DNA of 20,000 bases from an uncultured virus (IMG/VR IMGVR_UViG_3300043469_001223) (IMGVR_UViG_3300043469_001223); one strand, 5' to 3'. Shown: positions 9,591 to 14,846, numbered from the stretch's first letter. The notes: generated from the letters alone by a model not told the origin. Translations and numbers: made by a program.

Positions 9591-10076
9591 ATGATAAAAG
9601 TTTTAGGAAAAATTGACGAACAAGAAATATTAGATGCCTTTAATCTAATTGAAGAAAACATCCAATGGACATCCTACGGACACAAAGGGCGACAAGCCGG
9701 AGTTCAGTTTAAAGATAATGAAGATCCTTGGACTAGTGCAGTAGGAAGAAGTACTGGACAGGAATTAACATATACTAATTTAAATCCATTTTTTAAAAAT
9801 ACTATATTTGAAAATATAATAGCTCAATATAAATTAACTAGAACTAGATTAATGTGGGTAGACCCTTATGCATGTTATAGTATCCATCGAGACGAAACTC
9901 CAAGAATACACATACCTTTAATAACTAATCCTAGTTGCTATTTTGTTTTTCAATCTGGTAGAATAATACACTTGAATAAAAAATTAGTTTGGTGGGTTGA
10001 TACTCGAAAGCCCCACACTTTTATGAATTGCTCTGATGACCCTAGGCTACACCTTGTCGGTGTAGTAGAAAAGTAA
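9591..10076 (+). CDS. Asp/Asn beta-hydroxylase-like 2OG-Fe(II) oxygenase
   Basis: HRD..RIHIPLITN..DTRKPHT..N..RLHLV. Confidence 0.8.
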   Translation: MIKVLGKIDEQEILDAFNLIEENIQWTSYGHKGRQAGVQFKDNEDPWTSAVGRSTGQELTYTNLNPFFKNTIFENIIAQYKLTRTRLMWVDPYACYSIHRDETPRIHIPLITNPSCYFVFQSGRIIHLNKKLVWWVDTRKPHTFMNCSDDPRLHLVGVVEK

Positions 10077-10122
10077 TAAAATAAAAATTCGCCAAAATTG
10101 TGGCATTTTAACCACATACTTA

Positions 10123-10151
10123 TTGACAGACATAAATAGAAGCAGTACAAT
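10123..10151 (+). promoter_or_regulatory. Sigma70 promoter P1 of the tRNA array
   Basis: TTGACA-17nt-TACAAT. Confidence 0.75.
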
Positions 10152-10210
10152 AGAGACTAGTTAGGAAGAGAAGTTGTTAAAAACTTTTTGTTCAAAAGAA
10201 CAAATAAGGG

Positions 10211-10239
10211 TTGACAACAATGCTAAATAACTGTATAAT
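10211..10239 (+). promoter_or_regulatory. Sigma70 promoter P2 of the tRNA array
   Basis: Perfect TTGACA-17nt-TATAAT. Confidence 0.85.
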
Positions 10240-10298
10240 TAGAACATACACTGCAATAAGGTAGTGTATGTAACAAAAGGTTTTAAAGAGAAAACAAA

Positions 10299-10445
10299 AT
10301 GCAATCGTCCAATAGACATCAACAATTTAATACGATGCCCAAACAGGTAGGTGTAATAGCCTGCGGTTGGTTATCGATTAATGCGGGAAGTCTATCATAT
10401 GATCGTACACCAGAGATTTCTAGGGTCCGGAGGACTGTCGTGTAA
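10299..10445 (+). CDS. Putative attenuator leader peptide, 48 aa
   Basis: MQSSNRHQQFNTMPKQVGVIACGWLSINAGSLSYDRTPEISRVRRTVV; lies between promoter and terminator and contains the antiterminator strand. Confidence 0.6.
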   Translation: MQSSNRHQQFNTMPKQVGVIACGWLSINAGSLSYDRTPEISRVRRTVV

Positions 10446-10470
10446 CACACAAGTTAACACAACAAACTTC

Positions 10471-10509
10471 AAGGACCCTAGGATTAAAAACCCTGGGGTT
10501 TTTTGTTTT
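10471..10509 (+). terminator. Intrinsic terminator (attenuator)
   Basis: GGACCCTAGG-9nt-CCTGGGGTTT hairpin running into TTTTTTGTTTT. Confidence 0.8.
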
Positions 10510-10521
10510 CCGCAAGGAAGA

Positions 10522-10671
10522 ATGACAGATTTGAAGAGACAAGCTGAGTTTACAAAAGCGCATACTTTAACTAAACAAGATCTTCGCAAGATGATTTTGG
10601 AAAAGTTACAACGTGCAACTGCGTATTACGAAGCAAGTAGGAAGCGAGAGATTGCTCAAGGGCGGTCGTAG
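10522..10671 (+). CDS. Hypothetical 49-aa basic protein, first gene after attenuator
   Basis: AAGGAAG SD; MTDLKRQAEFTKAHTLTKQDLRKMILEKLQRATAYYEASRKREIAQGRS. Confidence 0.55.
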   Translation: MTDLKRQAEFTKAHTLTKQDLRKMILEKLQRATAYYEASRKREIAQGRS

Positions 10672-10783
10672 ATCGCAAAGTGTAATATAGTACGGGAACG
10701 AGGCCCGGGGAACGCACTTAAAACATGTTCTAAACGGGCGGACTAGTGGATGGCTTATCCTTATGTGGATAAAAAAATACTAG

Positions 10784-10856
10784 TTATTAAAGCAAATTGG
10801 TACCTGCTGACTCTGAATCAGAACAGGACGCATAGCGTAACAGTTTGTTTTAATAA
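10784..10856 (+). ncRNA. Stem-enclosed RNA with Gln(CUG)-type anticodon stem-loop
   Basis: TTATTAAAGCAAATTG/CAGTTTGTTTTAATAA stem; inside CTGA-CTCTGAA-TCAG. Confidence 0.55.
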
Positions 10857-10885
10857 GCACTTTCGAAAGAGAGTGTTAACAATTT

Positions 10886-10974
10886 GGAGCTTGTCCCCCA
10901 TTGCCAGCTGTAACCTGGTAGCCATTATTAAGTGGGGTGGCTGGCAAGAGGTTCAATTCCTTCAGGCTCCACCA
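10886..10974 (+). tRNA. Atypical tRNA-Tyr(GUA) lacking a D-arm
   Basis: 8-bp acceptor GGAGCTTG/CAGGCTCC, loop CTGTAAC, long variable arm, GGTTCAATTCC, ACCA. Confidence 0.6.
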
Positions 10975-10981
10975 ATTTTAT

Positions 10982-11057
10982 CTCGCATTCGGTTAGCGGC
11001 TATGCCACCTGGTTTGGGGCCAGGATTTCGAAGGTTCGAGTCCTTCATGCGAGACCA
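10982..11057 (+). tRNA. tRNA-Pro(UGG)
   Basis: Cloverleaf, loop TTTGGGG, CCA. Confidence 0.9.
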
Positions 11058-11066
11058 AGTTTAAAT

Positions 11067-11158
11067 GGAAAGTAATGCAGCGGGGTTGGTCCTGCGACCA
11101 GCCTTGAAAACTGGGTTCTCAGAAATGGGATGGGGTTCGACTCCTCTGCTTTCCGCCA
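11067..11158 (+). tRNA. tRNA-Ser(UGA)
   Basis: Loop CTTGAAA, long variable arm, GCCA. Confidence 0.88.
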
Positions 11159-11164
11159 AGACAA

Positions 11165-11193
11165 TTGACAAATTCTACATAAGATTGTATAAT
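11165..11193 (+). promoter_or_regulatory. Sigma70 promoter
   Basis: TTGACA-17nt-TATAAT. Confidence 0.8.
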
Positions 11194-11201
11194 TACATTA
11201 T

Positions 11202-11317
11202 GCGACCGTAAGTGGAATATGGCAGACCTCCCGTTATGCTCATAGCATAGGTCAGGGGAAGGGGCACATAACATAGTTACCGTGCTCTTGTAGGTTCGAG
11301 ACCTACCGGTCGTACCA
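11202..11317 (+). tRNA. Oversized (116 nt) tRNA-like gene, Leu-type body, CAU loop on extended arm
   Basis: Acceptor GCGACCG/CGGTCGT-ACCA, T-arm GTAGG-TTCGAGA-CCTAC, TATG-CTCATAG-CATA hairpin. Confidence 0.55.
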
Positions 11318-11321
11318 GTTT

Positions 11322-11384
11322 TAGGATCAGTTCAGCAAACTTAAAAACTTTTTTATTATTCAAAAAAACCAAAGTTGATCCTGT
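11322..11384 (+). ncRNA. TAGG/CAGCAA family RNA, copy A
   Basis: TAGGATCA..CAGCAA..TGATCCTG; T6/A6 hairpin with 7-nt loop ATTATTC. Confidence 0.65.
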
Positions 11385-11392
11385 TTTATTAT

Positions 11393-11467
11393 GTATCCCT
11401 AGTGTCAGCGGCAGCACGCCGGTCTCCAAAACCGTTAGGCTTGGTTCAAATCCAAGGGGGTATGCCA
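11393..11467 (+). tRNA. tRNA-Trp(CCA)
   Basis: Loop CTCCAAA, GCCA. Confidence 0.88.
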
Positions 11468-11471
11468 GTTT

Positions 11472-11529
11472 TAGGATGCGTCCAGCAAATCAAAAAATTC
11501 AACTTTTAATTGAAAAATAAGCATCCTGT
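11472..11529 (+). ncRNA. TAGG/CAGCAA family RNA, copy B (Lys UUU anticodon stem-loop)
   Basis: TAGGATGC..CAGCAA..TTCAA-CTTTTAA-TTGAA..GCATCCTG. Confidence 0.7.
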
Positions 11530-11536
11530 TTTTTGT

Positions 11537-11610
11537 TCCCGGATTGTGTAATGGTAGCACAACAGACTTTGACTCTGTTAGCCTAGGTTCGATCCCTAGT
11601 CCGGGTGCCA
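11537..11610 (+). tRNA. tRNA-Gln(UUG)
   Basis: Loop CTTTGAC, GCCA. Confidence 0.9.
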
Positions 11611-11633
11611 ATATTTTGTTAGACTTCTTAGGT

Positions 11634-11704
11634 GTGGCTATAGTGTAATGGTAGCACTACATGTTGTGACCTTGTCAGTACGGGTTCAAATCCCGTTAGT
11701 CACC
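11634..11704 (+). tRNA. tRNA-His(GUG), no encoded G-1 or CCA
   Basis: Acceptor GTGGCTA/TAGTCAC, loop TTGTGAC, C73 followed by CCT. Confidence 0.82.
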
Positions 11705-11719
11705 CCTAAGCAGTTTATT

Positions 11720-11751
11720 CCTCTTGTAGTTAAATGGTATAACAATCGCTT
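11720..11751 (+). pseudogene. Orphan 5' half of a tRNA
   Basis: CCTCTTG-TA-GTTA-AATGGTA-TAAC-A-ATCGC-TT, with no T-arm or 3' acceptor strand following. Confidence 0.65.
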
Positions 11752-11764
11752 TCCTGGCGAGCGT

Positions 11765-11772
11765 TATAAATA
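11765..11772 (+). promoter_or_regulatory. T4-like late promoter for the endonuclease
   Basis: TATAAATA then AGGAG SD and ATG 11789. Confidence 0.65.
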
Positions 11773-11788
11773 CTTGTAGGAGAACACT

Positions 11789-12190
11789 ATGAGTATATCA
11801 AACGAAAAAGGTGAAATAGGAGAAGCAGCATTTGTGCTCGTTTCTGCCAAAAGAGGATATTGGACTGGCAAAATGCCACAAGGTTGTCCTTATGATTATG
11901 TGTTAGATAGACACGACGGTAAACTTTTACGAATTCAAGTTAAGTTTAGATCGTTAGAAAGTAACGGAATAGTTACAATTAAACTATCTCAAAACACATT
12001 TACAAATAGAGTTTCTTACAATGAAAGTAACATCGATTATATTGCAGTCTATGTAAATGAATTAGATAAAGTATATCTCGTTCCTATTGCAGAAATATGC
12101 GATGTAAAAGAAGTTAAACTGCGATGTGTAGAATCAACAAAAAGAAAAGATAAAAACTCTCGTATAATAACAGAATACGCAGAGTGGTAA
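11789..12190 (+). CDS. PD-(D/E)XK putative homing endonuclease (PDDEXK_5 / I-Ssp6803I-like)
   Basis: KGEIGE..PYDYVLD..RIQVK..Y..IDYIAVY..VYLVP motif order. Confidence 0.8.
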   Translation: MSISNEKGEIGEAAFVLVSAKRGYWTGKMPQGCPYDYVLDRHDGKLLRIQVKFRSLESNGIVTIKLSQNTFTNRVSYNESNIDYIAVYVNELDKVYLVPIAEICDVKEVKLRCVESTKRKDKNSRIITEYAEW

Positions 12191-12195
12191 TTTAT

Positions 12196-12270
12196 GGCCA
12201 CGTAACTCAGAGGCAGAGTACCGTCTTGATAAGGCGGGAGTCGACATTTCGAAATTGTCCGTGGCTACCA
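12196..12270 (+). tRNA. tRNA-Ile(GAU)
   Basis: Loop TTGATAA, ACCA; T53-T61 in place of G53-C61. Confidence 0.85.
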
Positions 12271-12277
12271 ATTTTAT

Positions 12278-12356
12278 CTGTGTGTAATGTCAGTCAGGTC
12301 AGACGGCCGGCCTTGGAAGTCGGAGGTCGCAGGTTCGAATCCTGCCACACAGACCA
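12278..12356 (+). tRNA. tRNA-Pro(UGG), A37 variant
   Basis: Loop CTTGGAA, ACCA. Confidence 0.85.
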
Positions 12357-12362
12357 GTTTAT

Positions 12363-12439
12363 GCATCGGTGACAGAGCGGCCAATGTAGCGGATTGCAAA
12401 TCCGTCCAGTCGTGGGTTCGAGTCCCACCCGATGTTCCA
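12363..12439 (+). tRNA. tRNA-Cys(GCA)
   Basis: Loop TTGCAAA, TCCA. Confidence 0.9.
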
Positions 12440-12446
12440 GTTTATT

Positions 12447-12522
12447 GCCCTTGAAGCCTTTAATGGATGAGGTCCTGTCTTGTAAGCAGGGGAAGTCGGT
12501 TCGATTCCGGACTGGGGCACCA
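12447..12522 (+). tRNA. tRNA-Thr(UGU)
   Basis: Loop CTTGTAA, ACCA; irregular T/acceptor stems. Confidence 0.8.
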
Positions 12523-12529
12523 ATACAAT

Positions 12530-12605
12530 GCAACTTTAGCTGATGTGGTCATAGCGGTGGTCTGAAGAGCCATTGAAGTAGGTTCGATCCCTACAGGTTG
12601 CACCA
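12530..12605 (+). tRNA. tRNA-Phe(GAA), G37 variant
   Basis: Loop CTGAAGA, ACCA. Confidence 0.85.
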
Positions 12606-12612
12606 ATTTTAT

Positions 12613-12688
12613 CCTTGAGTTAAGCGGGGCCGTATACACCCTTGCCAATAGTTAGTAATGTGTACTGCGACATACACCTCGAGGGCCA
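12613..12688 (+). ncRNA. tRNA-sized RNA with acceptor stem and CCA but non-canonical arms
   Basis: CCTTGAG/CTCGAGG-GCCA, 76 nt, GTGTA-CTGCGACA-TACAC in T-arm position. Confidence 0.55.
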
Positions 12689-12695
12689 AGTTTAT

Positions 12696-12769
12696 GCGTG
12701 GTTCGTTTAATGGTAAGATCACTGGCTTCCACCCAGTAGTTAAGGGTTCGATTCCCTTACCCCGCACCA
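12696..12769 (+). tRNA. tRNA-Gly(UCC), A73 variant
   Basis: Loop CTTCCAC, ACCA. Confidence 0.85.
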
Positions 12770-12772
12770 GTT

Positions 12773-12836
12773 TAGGATACTTACAGCAAACCAAAATATT
12801 TCACTTTTTGGCTGTGAAAAGCAAACAGTATCCTGT
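12773..12836 (+). ncRNA. TAGG/CAGCAA family RNA, copy C (UUG-centred loop)
   Basis: TAGGATACT..CAGCAA..TTTCAC-TTTTTGGCT-GTGAAA..AGTATCCTG. Confidence 0.68.
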
Positions 12837-12880
12837 TTAATAGTGTTGTTAAAATACAACAAAAATAGTTGCAAAGACTA

Positions 12881-12952
12881 TTGACAAGGAGGTAAAACCT
12901 TGCTATAATTAACACATACACTAAGCAATTAGATGTAAATGTTCTTTAAAAA
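12881..12952 (+). promoter_or_regulatory. Sigma70 promoter with downstream hairpin and boxA-like site
   Basis: TTGACA-17-TATAAT (12881-12909); CTAA-GCAA-TTAG; TGTTCTTTAAAAA (12940-12952). Confidence 0.78.
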
Positions 12953-12968
12953 TTTACAGTATAAGAAG

Positions 12969-13081
12969 TTCTTATACACATACACACAAATGCTTAGGCC
13001 AAGCAGATAGAGGTGGTATCTAGCTGGACGAGAAGTCCAGTTGGCAGGTTCGAGTCCTGTGAGTGTGTAGTTGTATAAGAA
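12969..13081 (+). ncRNA. tRNA-like RNA with long variable arm inside extended stem, no CCA
   Basis: TTCTTATACA/TGTATAAGAA; arms GCTT/AAGC, AGATA/TATCT, AGCTGGAC/GTCCAGTT, GCAGG-TTCGAGT-CCTGT. Confidence 0.6.
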
Positions 13082-13085
13082 TTTT

Positions 13086-13162
13086 ACTTCGTTCGTCTAC
13101 GTGGTTTAGGACGCTAGCCTTTCAAGTTGGAAAAACGGGTTCGAGTCCCGTACGGAGTACCA
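13086..13162 (+). tRNA. tRNA-Glu(UUC)
   Basis: Loop CTTTCAA, ACCA. Confidence 0.88.
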
Positions 13163-13165
13163 AGT

Positions 13166-13264
13166 TAACAACACTCAACGCACTGTAGGATGGCATTCAG
13201 TCTCCCTGCCAGCGAGGGATGAGAGTGGCAGGCATAACTGGTTAATGTTATGCTTGTGTTATTA
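13166..13264 (+). ncRNA. Unidentified structured RNA
   Basis: TAACAACAC/GTGTTATTA closing stem; TCCCT/AGGGA, CTGCCA/TGGCAG, GGCATAAC/GTTATGCT. Confidence 0.45.
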
Positions 13265-13269
13265 GTTTT

Positions 13270-13345
13270 GCCACAGTAGTCCTCTGGGTAGGGCACCGGA
13301 TTGTCTATCCGATTTAGGCGGGTTCGATTCCCGTCTGTGGCGCCA
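13270..13345 (+). tRNA. tRNA-Asp(GUC), U37
   Basis: Loop TTGTCTA, GCCA. Confidence 0.85.
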
Positions 13346-13351
13346 AGTTAT

Positions 13352-13438
13352 GGAGATGTAGGAAAATTGGTAACCCCAGTGGACTGTAAATCCGCCGCCC
13401 GAAAGGCACTACTGGTTCGACTCCAGTCGTCTCCACCA
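13352..13438 (+). tRNA. tRNA-Tyr(GUA)
   Basis: Loop CTGTAAA, variable arm, ACCA. Confidence 0.9.
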
Positions 13439-13445
13439 AGTTAAT

Positions 13446-13520
13446 GGTCCTGTCATATAGTGGTTATTATACCGGCCTGTCTAGTCGGATATCGGGGTTC
13501 GATTCCCCGCAGGATCGCCA
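13446..13520 (+). tRNA. tRNA-Asp(GUC), U37
   Basis: Loop CTGTCTA, GCCA. Confidence 0.88.
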
Positions 13521-13528
13521 AAATTTAT

Positions 13529-13607
13529 TCCGTGAAATCCAAGCATGGTGCAAGGACTTGACTGTTAATCAATGATTAGGTGAGTTCGATCCTCACACAC
13601 GGAGCCA
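13529..13607 (+). tRNA. tRNA-Asn(GUU)
   Basis: Loop CTGTTAA, GCCA. Confidence 0.85.
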
Positions 13608-13616
13608 ATACAATTT

Positions 13617-13691
13617 GGGGGCAGCAGAGGGCTGCGGCGTTGCCTTGCAAGCATCGTGACTAGAGGGGTTCGATACCCCCGGCCTCCACCA
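13617..13691 (+). tRNA. tRNA-Ala(UGC), reduced D-arm
   Basis: Loop CTTGCAA, G3-U70, ACCA. Confidence 0.75.
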
Positions 13692-13699
13692 AACATTTT

Positions 13700-13775
13700 G
13701 CCACAATAGCTCCAATGGTAGAGCAGCGGATTGAAAATTCGTGTGTTACTGGTTCGAGTCCAGTTTGTGGCACCA
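13700..13775 (+). tRNA. tRNA-Phe(GAA)
   Basis: Loop TTGAAAA, ACCA. Confidence 0.9.
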
Positions 13776-13838
13776 AACAAGGGCCGTGAGATAATATCAA
13801 GACGATCGGCGCTGGAGCACCTACCCAGCACAAATTTT

Positions 13839-13899
13839 TAGGATAGCAACAGCAAAATCAAAAATTTCACTGTTAATGAAACCAAAAATGCTATCCTGT
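13839..13899 (+). ncRNA. TAGG/CAGCAA family RNA, copy D (Asn GUU anticodon stem-loop)
   Basis: TAGGATAGCA..CAGCAA..TTTCA-CTGTTAA-TGAAA..TGCTATCCTG. Confidence 0.7.
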
Positions 13900-13906
13900 T
13901 TTATTT

Positions 13907-13981
13907 GCCCGCATAGTATAATGGATAATACACTGGTCTACGAAACCGGGGATTGTGGTTCGATTCCATATGTGGGCACCA
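13907..13981 (+). tRNA. tRNA-Arg(ACG)
   Basis: Loop CTACGAA, ACCA. Confidence 0.9.
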
Positions 13982-13988
13982 AGTTAAT

Positions 13989-14066
13989 GGGCGATGACTG
14001 TTGTAAAGGATAACAGGCGGTAGCAACCCTGCCGTGACAGTGGTTCGATTCCACTATCGTCCACCA
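13989..14066 (+). tRNA. tRNA with non-canonical anticodon loop (GCAACCC)
   Basis: Good acceptor GGGCGAT/ATCGTCC-ACCA and T-arm; no U33. Confidence 0.6.
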
Positions 14067-14069
14067 AGT

Positions 14070-14279
14070 TTTGTAAGTGTCAGCAAGTAGAGTCACGCTG
14101 TCTAGGTATGTTCGAACTACCAAAACAGTAGAAGGTAGCGGGTTCGATCCCCGTCCGATCGGAAGATCGGAATACAGTTGGAGTATCGTCTGGACAAAGC
14201 CCAAGTGACGTATCTTGACCCTGCCGGCTTTATTACAAGGGAAAATGGTTGCGATATGAGGGACGCAACAGCTTACAAA
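14070..14279 (+). ncRNA. ~210-nt structured RNA with two T-loop hairpins
   Basis: TTTGTAAG/CTTACAAA ends, GTCAC/GTGAC, GGTA-TGTTCGAAC-TACC, GCGGG-TTCGATC-CCCGT. Confidence 0.6.
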
Positions 14280-14289
14280 TTCAATGCGG

Positions 14290-14318
14290 TTGACAACTAC
14301 CCTAAAAGGTTGTATAAT
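14290..14318 (+). promoter_or_regulatory. Sigma70 promoter
   Basis: TTGACA-17nt-TATAAT. Confidence 0.82.
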
Positions 14319-14347
14319 AGAAACTTAAACACAAAAGAGGTAATGAC

Positions 14348-14371
14348 ATGAAACGTTCAGGTAAACGATAG
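14348..14371 (+). CDS. Putative leader mini-ORF MKRSGKR
   Basis: GAGGT SD 6 nt upstream; ATG AAA CGT TCA GGT AAA CGA TAG; stop abuts switchable hairpin. Confidence 0.55.
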   Translation: MKRSGKR

Positions 14372-14443
14372 TGTCAATCTTAGATCCCGTATATGGTCTA
14401 GGGTTGGCACATTAAAGACAAATTTAATATGCAACAACCCTAG
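14371..14443 (+). promoter_or_regulatory. Mutually exclusive hairpins overlapping tRNA-Lys 5' end
   Basis: 14371-14386 pairs with 14395-14410, or 14398-14416 pairs with 14423-14443. Confidence 0.65.
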
Positions 14444-14514
14444 CTGGCGTTTAACGGTAGCGTACTCGGCTCTTAACCGATGAGGTGTCAGTTCGAATCT
14501 GACGCTAGGGACCA
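14438..14514 (+). tRNA. tRNA-Lys(CUU)
   Basis: CCCTAGC/GCTAGGG-ACCA, loop CTCTTAA. Confidence 0.85.
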
Positions 14515-14519
14515 TATAT

Positions 14520-14597
14520 GGGATTGTAGTGTCAACGGTTTAGCACAGCGGACTTTTAATCCGCCAGGTTCCGGTTCGAATCCGGACAGTCCTACCA
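14520..14597 (+). tRNA. tRNA-Lys(UUU)
   Basis: Loop CTTTTAA, ACCA. Confidence 0.9.
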
Positions 14598-14690
14598 TAT
14601 CAAAGCTCACTAGAACTAGTGTGGGCATCCGCTTCCTCACGTAGTGCAGGAGGCGTAACGGTTCGATTCCGCTAGTGTGTTTTGATATGG
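14595..14690 (+). ncRNA. Stem-enclosed RNA with T-arm
   Basis: CCATATCAAAGCTCACTAG/CTAGTGTGTTTTGATATGG; CGG-TTCGATT-CCG. Confidence 0.55.
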
Positions 14691-14763
14691 TAACGTAGCA
14701 TAATGGTTGTGCAACACCTTCATACGGTGCCCGGTGTGAGTTCGAATCTCACCGTTACTACCA
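14689..14763 (+). tRNA. tRNA-Met(CAU)
   Basis: Loop TTCATAC, ACCA. Confidence 0.85.
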
Positions 14764-14768
14764 AACAT

Positions 14769-14844
14769 GTCCCATTCATCTAGAGGCCTAGGATAGTACC
14801 CTTTCACGGTATTTACAGCGGTTCGAATCCGCTATGGGACGCCA
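14769..14844 (+). tRNA. tRNA-Glu(UUC)
   Basis: Loop CTTTCAC, GCCA. Confidence 0.9.
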
Positions 14845-14846
14845 AG

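Noticed and set aside
10381..10521. N-terminal half of the 96-aa ORF 10381-10671
   Set aside because: Runs through the terminator; a better start with SD lies at 10522.
11752..12195. Group I intron in a tRNA
   Set aside because: Only about 37 nt before and 5 nt after the ORF, and no matching 3' tRNA half.
13781..13830. Riboswitch or HDV-like (theta) ribozyme after tRNA-Phe
   Set aside because: Could not build the required nested pseudoknot or a known aptamer consensus by eye.
14070..14279. RNase P RNA or tmRNA
   Set aside because: CCGGCTTTAT resembles the RNase P 3' motif but the GGAAAGTC motif is absent; no tmRNA ends or tag frame.
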